A DNA stretch of 63,715 nucleotides, filler included. It is 7 parts of 7 records of this genome, joined end to end, with 100 filler letters (N's around TTAATTAATTAA, not from the genome) between each part and the next. Parts side by side here need not be neighbours in the genome. Positions count along the whole stretch, not along the records: positions 36,979 to 43,932 come from DRR723986_6180; positions 44,033 to 58,482 come from DRR723986_6181; 5 more parts are not named here. One strand, given 5' to 3'. The notes beneath the pieces are model-generated. The model was given only the letters and a program-made list of their open reading frames with translations. It had not been told where the DNA came from and made no database searches. Positions 39,559-49,661 of this stretch are shown here, piece by piece. Positions within the stretch are counted from its first letter, which is position 1. The number at the start of each line of letters is the position of its first letter. A program made the translations under genes and the position numbers.

Positions 39559-40557
39559 ATGCGCACCAATCAGGCCCCGTTTCCCAAAACCCGGTTCCGC
39601 CGCACCCGTGCCAGTGCATCTGTCCGGGCACTTGTGCGCGAAAACAGCCTGTCGGTCGATGATCTGATCTGGCCGGTCTTCGTGCGCGAGGGCGAGAGCA
39701 TCGAAGAACCGATTTCCTCGATGCCCGGCGTCTTTCGCTTCTCGATCAATTGCCTGGTGAAAGCTGCGCGGGAAGCTTACGATCTTGGCATTCCGGCGAT
39801 CTGCATTTTTCCCTATACCGATCCGTCCCTTAAGACCGAGCTTTGCGAGATTGCGTGGGATCCCGACAATATTTCCAACCGGGCCATTCGCGCGATCAAG
39901 GATGCGGTGCCGGAACTTGCGATCATGACTGATATCGCCCTGGACCCCTACAATGCCAACGGCCATGACGGGATCGTGCGCGACGGGATCATCGTCAATG
40001 ACGAAACCGTTGATGCGCTTGTCAAAATGGCTCTGGCGCAGGCGCGCGCAGGGGCAGACATTCTGGGGCCGTCCGACATGATGGACGGTCGGATCGGCGC
40101 CATGCGGGACGCGCTGGAATCAGAAGGTTTCGGCAATGTCTCGATCATGTCCTACGCCGCGAAATTCGCCAGCGCCTATTACGGACCGTTCCGCGATGCG
40201 GTTGGGGCCTCGGGCGCGTTGAAGGGGGACAAGAAGACCTATCAGATCGACCCGGCCAACCGGAACGAGGCTCTGCGCTGCGTTGAACGCGACCTGACCG
40301 AGGGCGCGGATATGGTGATGGTCAAACCCGGAATGCCCTACCTGGACCTCTGCCGCGATGTGAAAGACGCCTTCGGCGCACCGACCTTCGCCTATCAGGT
40401 GTCGGGGGAATACGCGATGATCGAGGCAGCGGCAGCCAATGGCTGGATCGACGGCGAGAGGGTTATGATGGAAAGCCTGATGAGCTTCCGCCGGGCGGGC
40501 TGTGACGGGGTGCTGACCTATTTCGCGCCGCGCATTGCGCGCATTCTGAACGGATGA
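39559..40557 (+). CDS. hemB: porphobilinogen synthase
   Basis: SMPG, DIALDPY...GHDG, PSDMMDG, YYGPFRDA, MVKPG, AYQVSGEY. Confidence 0.96.
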   Translation: MRTNQAPFPKTRFRRTRASASVRALVRENSLSVDDLIWPVFVREGESIEEPISSMPGVFRFSINCLVKAAREAYDLGIPAICIFPYTDPSLKTELCEIAWDPDNISNRAIRAIKDAVPELAIMTDIALDPYNANGHDGIVRDGIIVNDETVDALVKMALAQARAGADILGPSDMMDGRIGAMRDALESEGFGNVSIMSYAAKFASAYYGPFRDAVGASGALKGDKKTYQIDPANRNEALRCVERDLTEGADMVMVKPGMPYLDLCRDVKDAFGAPTFAYQVSGEYAMIEAAAANGWIDGERVMMESLMSFRRAGCDGVLTYFAPRIARILNG

Positions 40558-40565
40558 TCTGGAAC

Positions 40566-40598
40566 AACCGCCCCGCCGTTTGACCGGCAGGGCGGTTT
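40566..40598. terminator. hairpin between convergent hemB and small ORF
   Basis: AACCGCCCCGCCG...CGGCAGGGCGGTTT. Confidence 0.6.
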
Positions 40599-40643
40599 CG
40601 GAAAAGACGCATCGCCTACGAGGGAGAAGGCGCAGCGTCCCTG

Positions 40644-40802
40644 TCAGACCGGCATATCATTGAACAGGTCGTCATCGTCCTCTTCCAGGGCCGGATCGGG
40701 CTTCCAACGCGGAGCCGGGCGCGGATTGTCCACGCGAGCCGCCGCCGGATCGACCTTGGTCTGCCCCTTTTCTTCCGGGGCTTTCGGGTTCGGTTTGGTC
40801 AT
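40644..40802 (-). CDS. 52-aa disordered protein ending EEDDDDLFNDMPV
   Basis: GGAGG RBS 8 nt before ATG (MTKPNPK...); same strand and directly downstream of dksA/traR. Confidence 0.7.
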   Translation of the reverse strand: MTKPNPKAPEEKGQTKVDPAAARVDNPRPAPRWKPDPALEEDDDDLFNDMPV

Positions 40803-40917
40803 CTGGCGGTCCTCCATTTTATGCAGCAACGGGCGGGGTGTTTTCGGGTCGAGTCCGAAGACCCGACCCTGCCGGAACGACCGCAAGTCCCCACCCGGGG
40901 CCGTTCCCGCGTCTTGG

Positions 40918-41238
40918 TCAGGGGGCACATTTGCGGCAGAACGGCGTGCAGGGCAGCACCTCCAGCCGATCTTCGGAAATCTCTTCCCCGCATTTGACAC
41001 AAGCGCCGTATTCGCCCGCATCCATTCGTTCGAGCGCGGCCTTGATCATGCGGATCTCCTGTTGACCGGATACCCCCATGCCTTCCAGCACCTCGTCACC
41101 CTCGCGTTCGACCGCGGCCTCTTCCCAGTCCCGATCGTTATGGCTTTCCAGCTCATCCTCGATTTCGTGCAGTTTCACGTCCAGATCCTTCAGACGCTTC
41201 ATCATGCTTTCGCGGCGTGTGGCGAGGTCGATCATCAT
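40918..41238 (-). CDS. short TraR/DksA C4-zinc-finger protein
   Basis: AL.RM..GEYG.CVKCGEEI...RL...P....CRKC; GGAGG RBS. Confidence 0.92.
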   Translation of the reverse strand: MMIDLATRRESMMKRLKDLDVKLHEIEDELESHNDRDWEEAAVEREGDEVLEGMGVSGQQEIRMIKAALERMDAGEYGACVKCGEEISEDRLEVLPCTPFCRKCAP

Positions 41239-41292
41239 TGTTCCTCCGCAGGGTATGTCCGTGCTTTCACCCCTATTGGGTGATTGCAAACA

Positions 41293-41334
41293 AGACTATC
41301 GCGCCTCGCCCGACCCTACTTTGACCGAGATCAA
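41293..41334 (-). promoter_or_regulatory. FNR/FnrL-FixK box with class II promoter for the traR/dksA gene
   Basis: TTGATCTCGGTCAA (41334-41321) and a -10-like TAGTCT (41298-41293) at spacing consistent with a box centred near -41.5. Confidence 0.75.
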
Positions 41335-41427
41335 CGGGATTTGTGAAAGTCCTCCTCTTTCGCCTTTTCATTTGCCACGCGGCGCGGCAGTTTGGGCGGA
41401 TAAACCTGTCAAAAAGAGGCTTCTGCG

Positions 41428-41859
41428 ATGGACCTGCGCCCGCTCTCCGAAGATCATTGTGTTGCCGGGCAGCTCGATCCAGCCGATATGGCTGGCTTGG
41501 CGGCGCAAGGCGTGACGACGGTGATCTGCAACCGCCCCGATATGGAAGTGCCCCCAAGCCATCAGGCCGCCGCGATGCAGGACGCCGCAGAAGCCGCCGG
41601 GCTTGCCTTCGTCTACAACCCCGTCAATGGCGCCGCGATGACCATGGATAATGTCGAGGAACAGGCCGAGGCCATGGACAGCGCGCAGGGCGCTGTCGTC
41701 GCCTATTGCGCGTCCGGCATGAGATCGGCTGTGATGTGGGCGTTCGCGCAGGCTGGACAGGTGCCGACCGATGAGATCATCGCCGCAGCCGAGGCTGCCG
41801 GATACCAACTGTCGGGGATGCGCGGCCAGATCGACGCGCTCGCCACGCGCGACAGCTGA
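41428..41859 (+). CDS. TIGR01244/DUF442 sulfur transferase-phosphatase-like protein
   Basis: VICNRPD.E and YCASGMRS active site. Confidence 0.9.
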   Translation: MDLRPLSEDHCVAGQLDPADMAGLAAQGVTTVICNRPDMEVPPSHQAAAMQDAAEAAGLAFVYNPVNGAAMTMDNVEEQAEAMDSAQGAVVAYCASGMRSAVMWAFAQAGQVPTDEIIAAAEAAGYQLSGMRGQIDALATRDS

Positions 41860-41951
41860 CGCCTGCCCGCTTGAGATCGCCCCGCGCCCTCTTTATGGGT
41901 GGTCGCCGGTGTCCGTTCCGTTCGCCATCTTGTCTGGGATAGCAGCCCGTC

Positions 41952-42863
41952 ATGGCCGTTGAAGAAAAGCAAAGCCGCACCGTGGGTGACTGGATCATTG
42001 ACCGCATTGCGCGGACGGTGATTGCTGCCCTCTTGCTGTTGCCACATCCAACCCGCGTTGCAACCATGGGCTGGATCGCAAGAAATCTGGTCGGCCCCCT
42101 GACCGGCTATACCAAGCGGGCGCGCGCAAACCTGGCCTATATCTGGCCAGACATGGCCGAGTCCGACCGCAGGCGCATAGCGCGTCAGGTGTTGGACAAC
42201 GCAGGTCGCGTGATCATCGAGAACTACGCAACCGCGGATCAACTGGCACGCGCTGTAACCTGGACAACACATGGCCCGGGGTTGGCCGCCGCCGAACAGG
42301 CACTAGCCGAACGGCGGCCGATCCTGTTCGTATCGGGTCATTTCGGGAACTATCAGGCCGCACGGGCCGCGATGAATGTGCGGGGGTTCAGGCTTGGAGG
42401 GCTCTACCGCCCGCTCAACAACGGCTATTTCAACGATCACTACGTCCGAACGGTCGAGGCCGTGGGCGGCCCTGCCTTTGCCCGTGGGCGTCGCGGCCTT
42501 GCCAATTTCATGCGTCACGTGAAGGAGGGCGGGCACGGAGCGCTGTTGATCGACCAGTATTACGGGGATGGCGTGGTGGTCGACTTCCTCGGAAAACCCG
42601 CGCCCACGGCGCAATCGGTCGGGGAAATTGCCCTTAAATTCAATGCACTCGTGGTGCCGATCTATGCAAGGCGGCTGGACAATGGCGTTGATTTCGACGT
42701 GCTGCTGGAGGCGCCGATCGCCCATAGTGACGCCGAAACAATGACCCAGGCCCTGATGGACAGCCTGAGCGCGCAGGTCCGCGACCGACCCGGCCAATGG
42801 TTCTGGGTCCACCGCCGCTGGAAGCCCGCGCGCCAGGCTGAACGAGCGGCTGCCGGGCTTTGA
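41952..42863 (+). CDS. lipid A lauroyl/lysophospholipid acyltransferase (HtrB family)
   Basis: SGHFGNY, YRPLNN, LIDQ, P.QWFWVHRRWK. Confidence 0.9.
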   Translation: MAVEEKQSRTVGDWIIDRIARTVIAALLLLPHPTRVATMGWIARNLVGPLTGYTKRARANLAYIWPDMAESDRRRIARQVLDNAGRVIIENYATADQLARAVTWTTHGPGLAAAEQALAERRPILFVSGHFGNYQAARAAMNVRGFRLGGLYRPLNNGYFNDHYVRTVEAVGGPAFARGRRGLANFMRHVKEGGHGALLIDQYYGDGVVVDFLGKPAPTAQSVGEIALKFNALVVPIYARRLDNGVDFDVLLEAPIAHSDAETMTQALMDSLSAQVRDRPGQWFWVHRRWKPARQAERAAAGL

Positions 42864-42982
42864 TCGGCGAATTCCTGCCCTTGGGGCGCTATTGGCGTGA
42901 CACCCGGCGAAAACATGCGTATTTTGCGCATCAAGGGCAACAAAGCCCAATATCCTGAGGACAGACACAGGCGGTAGAGACT

Positions 42983-43540
42983 ATGAGCACTCTCAACAGA
43001 CGCAGCATGATCATGGGCGCAGCCAGCGTTCCACTTCTTTCGGCCTGCGGCAACGGGCTCGGCAGCAATGCCAGCAGCCGGATCGACGCCCGCGTCGATA
43101 GCGCCATCGACTTCATGTACGCCAATATCCCCGGCACCCGCGATCTGATGGGCGACGCCGAAGGCGTACTGATCATCCCTTTGATCACCGAAGCGGGCTT
43201 TGGTGTTGGCGGCGGTTATGGCCGCGGGGCGCTGCGGATCAACGGCGCGACGGTCGATTACTTCTCGTCCGCCTCGGCCACATTCGGACTTCAGATCGGG
43301 GCGCAGCAATACGCCCATGCGCTGTTCTTCATGACCGAAGAGGCGCTGCGCGACTTCCGCTATTCATCCGGTTGGGCCGTGGGGGGCGATGTGCGCTACG
43401 CGGTCAGCACCACGGGCGGCAATATCGGCACAGATACCAACAGCCTGCTCAGCCCGGTTGTGGCCATCGTCTTCGGTCAGGCAGGCCTGATTGCCGGGGC
43501 AACGCTGGAAGGCCAGCGCTACACCCGCATCCTTCCTTGA
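42983..43540 (+). CDS. YSC84/SYLF-related lipoprotein
   Basis: Tat-like RR plus lipobox LSAC; AGFGVGG.YGRG, FGLQIGAQ. Confidence 0.88.
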   Translation: MSTLNRRSMIMGAASVPLLSACGNGLGSNASSRIDARVDSAIDFMYANIPGTRDLMGDAEGVLIIPLITEAGFGVGGGYGRGALRINGATVDYFSSASATFGLQIGAQQYAHALFFMTEEALRDFRYSSGWAVGGDVRYAVSTTGGNIGTDTNSLLSPVVAIVFGQAGLIAGATLEGQRYTRILP

Positions 43541-43659
43541 CGGAAACACAGTTTTGATCGGTTGGGGCGGCCCTTGTGGCCGCCTCTTTCGTTGCATTCG
43601 CCACGCATAACGCTAGGGTGCGGACGCTTGATGACCCCGCCCCGAGACAAGAGACCCGA

Positions 43660-43932
43660 ATGGCCCCCTTCCTGCGCTGGATGATCCGGATTGTGACTGC
43701 TGCCCTGGTGCTGACGGTCCTGACACTGTTCCTGGCCTGGTGGATCTTTTCCCGCTCGATCCCCGACTATGACGCCGATTGGCGGGTTCCGGGCCTGAAT
43801 GCCCGTGTCGACATCGTACGCACCAATGCAAACGTGCCGCATGTCTACGGCGAAACCGATCATGACGTGTTCTACGGGCTTGGCTTTGTCCACGCACAGG
43901 ACCGGCTGTGGCAGATGCTGATGACCCGGCGC
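43660..43932 (+). CDS. penicillin acylase family protein, 5' part
   Basis: V.IVR....VPHVYG...FYGLGFVHAQDRLWQM. Confidence 0.9.
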
Positions 43933-44032
43933 NNNNNNNNNNNNNNNNNNNNNNNNNNNNNNNNNNNNNNNNNNNNTTAATTAATTAANNNNNNNNNNNN
44001 NNNNNNNNNNNNNNNNNNNNNNNNNNNNNNNN
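43933..44032. other. artificial contig linker
   Basis: N44-TTAATTAATTAA-N44. Confidence 0.99.
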
Positions 44033-44033
44033 T

Positions 44034-44768
44034 GGCTGCTTCGTCGTCTGGCGGCGCATGGCCTATTTCGGAGACGCCACCGCCCATGCCGCCATCCTCG
44101 GCGTGGCGCTGTCGCTTGCCTTCTCGACCTCGGTCTTCACCGGCGTTCTTCTGGTGGCTCTGGTCATGGCGATCACCGTATCCGGCCTTGGCGGTCGAGG
44201 CTTCGCCATGGATACCCTGCTGGGCGTGCTCGCGCATTCCGCTCTGGCCATGGGGCTTGTCGCGACCTCCTTCCTGTCCGGCGTGCGGATCGACCTCATG
44301 GCCTATCTCTTCGGAGACATCCTTGCGGTCATGCCCTCGGATCTCGCGGTGATCTGGGGCGGGGCCGCGCTGGTCCTCGGGCTCTTGGCATGGCGCTGGA
44401 ACGCGCTTCTGCTGGCGACGCTGAACCCCGACCTCGCCTTTTCGGAAGGCATCGACCCCAAGCGCGAGCAACTGGTCCTGACCCTTGCGCTGGCCATCGT
44501 CGTGGCGGTGGCGATCAAGGTCGTCGGAGCGCTTCTGATCACCGCCATGCTCATCATTCCCGCCGCCACCGCACGCCCCTTCAGCCGCACGCCAGAGATC
44601 ATGGCGCTGGGCGCTACCGCCGTCGCGGGGCTGTCGGTGCTGGGCGGACTGTGGTCTGCATGGCATTTCGACACGCCCACCGGCCCGACCATCGTCTGCC
44701 TCGCCACCGCCCTCTTCGTGCTGTCGGTCAGCGTCGCAAGCCTGCTCTCCGCCCCGCGGAGGCGTTGA
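44034..44768 (+). CDS. znuB: zinc ABC permease, 5'-truncated
   Basis: GCFVVWRRMAYFGDATAHAAILG, YLFGDIL, KVVGALLI.A.LIIP. Confidence 0.9.
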   Translation, partial: GCFVVWRRMAYFGDATAHAAILGVALSLAFSTSVFTGVLLVALVMAITVSGLGGRGFAMDTLLGVLAHSALAMGLVATSFLSGVRIDLMAYLFGDILAVMPSDLAVIWGGAALVLGLLAWRWNALLLATLNPDLAFSEGIDPKREQLVLTLALAIVVAVAIKVVGALLITAMLIIPAATARPFSRTPEIMALGATAVAGLSVLGGLWSAWHFDTPTGPTIVCLATALFVLSVSVASLLSAPRRR

Positions 44769-45167
44769 TCGCGGGGACCCCTTCCGCGGCCTGTTGAACG
44801 CCAAACCGCCACACTCTCCGGAACGGCAGGATGGCCCCTGCATCCCGACGCAAGGCCTGCGGCCGCGCCTGTCCCAAGGCCCGGGCCATGGGTCGGGCCC
44901 ACGCCAGTCAGCGCCCAAGGCCTGCCCCGGATCGCGGCAAGGGCTGGGCAGCGGTCGTCCATCGGGGCCTTGCAGAGCCTGCCGCGCCCGTTCGAGGCGG
45001 GTCCGGCAAGCGCGACCCAGTCGGCGGTCGCCACGGCCATGCCCAACGCCGATGCTTCGAAGTTTTCCTACTCTCTGCCACGGGGGTAAGAAACTTGACG
45101 GCTTTCTTCTGTACTCGGACCGCGACGCCCCCATCCGGGCCAGACGAACCCAAGGCAGGGACGCCAT

Positions 45168-45689
45168 ATGACGCCAAGGGACACAGCCGAGTTCCCTCCC
45201 CTTTCCGATCCGGGGGATGCCCGCGACAGGCGCGCAGACTGCCGGCCCGGGCTCGATCGGGCCGGCCAAGCCCGTGGGCCCGTATGCGGCCCGGCTCATG
45301 GAAGTGGGATCGAGAACGCACGCCCCGAGGTCCGCACTGTGGGGCCGTCGGGGTGCTGTCTCGACGGCAGGACCACGCACGGCGGCAGGACCCGGCCCCG
45401 CTCCCTGCACCGGCGGCCCGGCGGTCCGGGTTCCGAAGCGCCAGTATCCGAAGGTTCAGCGTTCGAGGGTCTGGCATCCGAAGATCCGGGGTTCGGGGGT
45501 CCGGGGTACGAAGGGCCGGACTCCGGCGGAACGGGCTCTGACGGGCCGATATCCCAGCGTCCAAGGACCGAAGGTCGACCACGCCACGCGACCGTTAGCC
45601 TCGAACACCACGGGCCTCGGGTGGACCGGGGGATGTCGGGGCGCTCGCCTCTTTCCGCCCCCGCGCCGCGCGCTTGCGCCCCAGCCTGA
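45168..45689 (+). CDS. possible orphan disordered protein with PGSEG-type pentapeptide repeats
   Basis: ATG start; stop 18 nt before the RTX/Hint gene; the 15-bp array is in frame; no recognisable family. Confidence 0.3.
   Translation: MTPRDTAEFPPLSDPGDARDRRADCRPGLDRAGQARGPVCGPAHGSGIENARPEVRTVGPSGCCLDGRTTHGGRTRPRSLHRRPGGPGSEAPVSEGSAFEGLASEDPGFGGPGYEGPDSGGTGSDGPISQRPRTEGRPRHATVSLEHHGPRVDRGMSGRSPLSAPAPRACAPA
45426..45575. repeat. degenerate tandem array, 10 x 15 bp
   Basis: Consensus CCGGGNTCCGAAGGT; units such as ccgggttccgaagcg, ccagtatccgaaggt, ctggcatccgaagat, ccggggtacgaaggg, ccaaggaccgaaggt. Confidence 0.8.
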
Positions 45690-45707
45690 TCCGTCCGGAG
45701 TGTAGAC

Positions 45708-48700
45708 ATGACCACCTACGTCGTCACCACCGCGAACTGGAACGACCCGGCCTTCTGGAGTGCGATCACCGAGAGCGCCGGGGGACATGTGCTGGATTTC
45801 AGCCGGCTCCCGTCGAGCTACACGGTCACCCATGACGCCAATGGCCCCATCGCGTCGATCAGCGATGGCGCGACGACGGTCACCATCGGCGCGCCCGGGA
45901 CGGCGGGAACCGACGCCAACCTTGGGGGCAGCACCGACTGGTCGTTCTTCACCACCGTCATCGGCTCGCAGGGGCAGGACGATCTGACCGGCGGGGCGGG
46001 CGCCGACACGATCGACGGTCAGGGCGGCGACGACAGCCTCTCCGGCGGCGCGGGCGACGATGTGCTGCGGGGCGGCGCCGGGGCGGACAGGATCGAGGGC
46101 GGGGACGGCGACGATACGGTCCATGGCGGCACCGGACAGGATTCCGTCACCGGCGGCGAAGGGCGCGACCGGCTGGTGGGCGGGGGCGGCGACGACACGC
46201 TCGAAGGGGGGGCCGGCGACGACACCCTCTACGGCGATGGCCCGGACAGCGGCTTCGATCCGGGCACGCCGCTCCTTGGCAGCTATGCCCATCTGGTCAA
46301 CACCAACACCCTCGGCTTCCAGTCCCCGCCGATCACCCGGGTTCTGGACAACGGGCAGGTGGTCCACCTGTGGGTCGACGATGCGACGGCCGACAACGAT
46401 CCGGACATGACGCCCCAGATCCGCCTCGCGCATGCGGATGGCACATGGGCGACGGGCCAGATCGAACTCAGCGCCCTCGTCGCCGTCGATGGCAGCGACA
46501 GCTATGACTGGGACAACATGGATGTGGACCTGTTGCCCGACGGCAATCTGGTCCTCTCCTATGTCCGCAGCTCGGTCGAAAGCGGCGGGGATGAGCCCGT
46601 CTTTTCGATCATCGACCCCTCGGCACTTGGAACCCCCGCGCAATACGTCCTCGCCAACCAGGAGATCCAGTCCAACGACAGCACGAGCCTCGAAAGCCCG
46701 CCGCTCACGACCGTTCTGGACAATGGCACCGTCCTGTTCGTCTGGAGCAAGAACGGCACCTCCGACGACACCCCGACGATGGAGCTGCAGGGCCGGATCT
46801 TCGACCCCTCGACGAACACCTTCCTGTCCGGCGATTTCCGCATCAGCGATATCGCGGTCGACGGCACCGACAGCGCCGACGTGGACAACCTCGACATCGT
46901 GCAGCTTCAGGGCGGCAATATCGTCGTCTCCTGGGTGCGCAGCAACGCCGAGACCGGCGGCTCCGAGCCGGTCTTTCGCGTGCTGGACACAGAGGGAAAC
47001 CCGGTCTCGGGCACGATCGAGGTCCAGCAGGTCGACGACACCACATGGGAATCCCCCGCCGACATCGTCGCCCTGTCCGATGGCAACTGGATGGCCGTCT
47101 GGATCGACAACGGCTATTCCGACGACAGCGCGACGATGACGCTCGAGGGGCGCATCTTCGATGCCTCCGGCAATGCGGTCACCGGCGACTTCCCCATCAG
47201 CATCGACGCCGTGGACGGGTTCGACGGCTACGACATGCCGAATTTCAGCGCGACCCTGCTGGGCAACGGCACCGTGCTGGTGGGCTTCGTCGAAAGCAGC
47301 GTCAGCGGCGGCAGCGACAACTCTCCGCAGTTCAGCATCGTGGCGCCGGATGGCACCATCGTGGCGCAGGACGTGGAGATCGCGCAGAACACCACGCATC
47401 CATGGCCCGGCCCGCCCGTCATGGAAGCCATCGGCGACAGCGGACACTTCGTTGCGGTCTATGCCGAGGGCAATCAGGCCTCCGGCGGCGCGACGGGGCT
47501 GAACTTTCGCATCTATGACGGCGAGGGGAACCCCGTCACCGCCGAAACGAGGCTGACCGACGTCACGTCCGGATCGGCCCTCTCCGGGTCCAACGCCTTC
47601 GACTGGAGCCAGGTCGATGTCGATTACAACGCCTTCAACAACACCTTCACCGTCAGCTGGGTGGGCGACAGCGACGGCAGCGGCACCGGCGTCTACAGCT
47701 CCGGCCCCATCGCCGGCGTCCCCCAAAACCTGAACGACGGGCACGACAGCCTCGGCGGCGGCGACGGGGCCGACGTCCTCTTCGGCGGGATCGGGCGGGA
47801 CACCCTTGCCGGCGGGACGGGCGACGACAGCCTGAGCGGCGACGCCGACGCGGATACCTTCCTTCTCGAGACAGGCTTCGGCGACGATACCATCGTGGGG
47901 GGCGAAGAGGTCTCCACCGGAACCGACAGCGACACCATCGACGGCGGCGCGGTCACGACCGACATGGTCGTCACCTTTTCGGGAAACGAGGCCGGCACGA
48001 TCGTCAGCGGCTCCGACACGATCCGCTTCTCGGAGATCGAGAACGTCTTTGGCGGCAGCGGCGCGGACCGTCTGGATGCCTTCGACGACAGCATCGGCGT
48101 CGGGTTGTTCGGCAACGAAGGTAATGACACGATCATCGGCGGCTCCGGCGGGGATTACATCGACGGCGGCGACGGCGACGACACGCTGATGGGCGAGGCT
48201 GGCGACGACACGCTGTTCGGCGGCGCGGGCAACGACACGCTGGTCGCGGGCAACAGCGGGGCCGCCGGGAACAGCCTGTCCGGCGGCGACGGCGATGACG
48301 TGCTGATCGAGAGTTTCGGCACCGCGACACTGGACGGCGGCGAGGGCTCCGACCGGTTCGAGGTCGGCTACGGCACCAGCACCGTGATCGGCGGCGAGAC
48401 CGGCAGCGACGCCGACACGCTGTCCGCCGCCGCCAGCAACGATCCGTTCGACGTGACCTTCGACGGGACCGGCTGGGGCCGCTATTCGGATCGGTCCGAC
48501 ACCGACAGCGGCCTCTTCTCGGAGATCGAGGCCATCGAAGGCTCCAGCGGTGCCGACAGCATCGACGCGACCCTTGACGGCGGCGGCCTCGCGCTGTCCG
48601 GCGGCGGCGGCAATGACACGATCATCGGCGGCTCCGGCAACGACACGATCACGGGCGGGGCGGGCAATGACAGGCTGACCGGCGGGGCGGGCGACGACCG

Positions 48701-49661
48701 CTTTTCCTACACGCCCGGCGCGGGCCTCGACACGATCACCGATTTCAACGCGGGCAACACCGGGACGCTGGACGACGGTGACGCCACCAACAACGATGCC
48801 ATCGACCTGCGGGCCTTCTACGACACCCTGTTCGCACTGCACGCCGATCAGGCCGACGACGGTGTGCTCAACCAGTCGAACAGCCTCGATTCCCATGGCA
48901 ACGCGGTCGATTACTCCGACAATGCGCGCTTCGCTCCCGGCGACGGGCTGGTCGTCTCGGGCGCCAGCGCCGATAGCACCAGCTTCACCGCCGAGAATAC
49001 CGGGGTTGCCTGCTTCGTGCGCGGCACCCGGATCCGCACGCCGGACGGAGAGGTCGAAATCCAGAAACTTCGGGCGGGCGACCTTGTCCTTACGCAGGAC
49101 AACGGCCCGAGGACCATCCGCTGGATCGGCTCGTCGCGCGTGCCGCGCAGGGACGCGCTGCAACCGATCCGCATCGCCACGGGCGCGCTGGGTGCGGGCG
49201 TGCCGAACCGGACCCTCTATGTCTCGCCCCAGCACCGCATGCTCATCCGATCGCCCATTGCCCTGCGCATGACCGGCACCCGCGAAGTGCTTGTCGCGGC
49301 CAAGAAACTGACCGGCCTGCGCGGCATCCACGCCGACCGGCGCGCGGGTTTCGTGCGCTATTTCCACATGCTGTGCGACAGCCATGAAATCGTGTTCGCC
49401 AACGGCGCCCCGGCGGAAACCCTGCTGCCCGGACCACAGGCGCAAAGGATGATCGGCCCCGAGGCCTGGAGCGAAATCACGACGATCTTCCCGGAAATCG
49501 ACGGGCCCCTGTCCGACGTGACGCCCGCCCGCCCCGTGATCCGCGGAAACCGGACGGGCACGCTCACCCGCCGACATCGCCGCAATGACACGGCCTTGGT
49601 GGACATGGCGTCGCGCGAAACGGCCCTGCCGCGAGATCCCCGCGAAGGTTGCAGGTCGTGA
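45708..49661 (+). CDS. large RTX Ca-binding protein with internal 8-repeat domain and C-terminal Hint (BIL-type) domain
   Basis: Many GGxGxDxL nonapeptides; [14 protein letters not shown]...L.VSPQHR...[28 protein letters not shown]. Confidence 0.92.
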   Translation: MTTYVVTTANWNDPAFWSAITESAGGHVLDFSRLPSSYTVTHDANGPIASISDGATTVTIGAPGTAGTDANLGGSTDWSFFTTVIGSQGQDDLTGGAGADTIDGQGGDDSLSGGAGDDVLRGGAGADRIEGGDGDDTVHGGTGQDSVTGGEGRDRLVGGGGDDTLEGGAGDDTLYGDGPDSGFDPGTPLLGSYAHLVNTNTLGFQSPPITRVLDNGQVVHLWVDDATADNDPDMTPQIRLAHADGTWATGQIELSALVAVDGSDSYDWDNMDVDLLPDGNLVLSYVRSSVESGGDEPVFSIIDPSALGTPAQYVLANQEIQSNDSTSLESPPLTTVLDNGTVLFVWSKNGTSDDTPTMELQGRIFDPSTNTFLSGDFRISDIAVDGTDSADVDNLDIVQLQGGNIVVSWVRSNAETGGSEPVFRVLDTEGNPVSGTIEVQQVDDTTWESPADIVALSDGNWMAVWIDNGYSDDSATMTLEGRIFDASGNAVTGDFPISIDAVDGFDGYDMPNFSATLLGNGTVLVGFVESSVSGGSDNSPQFSIVAPDGTIVAQDVEIAQNTTHPWPGPPVMEAIGDSGHFVAVYAEGNQASGGATGLNFRIYDGEGNPVTAETRLTDVTSGSALSGSNAFDWSQVDVDYNAFNNTFTVSWVGDSDGSGTGVYSSGPIAGVPQNLNDGHDSLGGGDGADVLFGGIGRDTLAGGTGDDSLSGDADADTFLLETGFGDDTIVGGEEVSTGTDSDTIDGGAVTTDMVVTFSGNEAGTIVSGSDTIRFSEIENVFGGSGADRLDAFDDSIGVGLFGNEGNDTIIGGSGGDYIDGGDGDDTLMGEAGDDTLFGGAGNDTLVAGNSGAAGNSLSGGDGDDVLIESFGTATLDGGEGSDRFEVGYGTSTVIGGETGSDADTLSAAASNDPFDVTFDGTGWGRYSDRSDTDSGLFSEIEAIEGSSGADSIDATLDGGGLALSGGGGNDTIIGGSGNDTITGGAGNDRLTGGAGDDRFSYTPGAGLDTITDFNAGNTGTLDDGDATNNDAIDLRAFYDTLFALHADQADDGVLNQSNSLDSHGNAVDYSDNARFAPGDGLVVSGASADSTSFTAENTGVACFVRGTRIRTPDGEVEIQKLRAGDLVLTQDNGPRTIRWIGSSRVPRRDALQPIRIATGALGAGVPNRTLYVSPQHRMLIRSPIALRMTGTREVLVAAKKLTGLRGIHADRRAGFVRYFHMLCDSHEIVFANGAPAETLLPGPQAQRMIGPEAWSEITTIFPEIDGPLSDVTPARPVIRGNRTGTLTRRHRRNDTALVDMASRETALPRDPREGCRS

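Noticed and set aside
45140..45200. GGGACGC...ACAGCCGAGTT resembling a c-di-GMP-I riboswitch upstream of an adhesin-like gene
   Set aside because: Lacks GGCAAA, the GNRA-capped P2 stem and the GCAAAGC/tetraloop receptor
45426..45575. 15-bp array as a CRISPR array
   Set aside because: Contiguous degenerate units with no unique spacers, and no cas genes
45456..49577. 1373-aa antisense ORF opposite the RTX/Hint gene (likewise 7713-9791, 51916-53619, 56968-58326)
   Set aside because: Shadow ORFs caused by high-GC codon bias of the real gene on the other strand; no recognisable motifs
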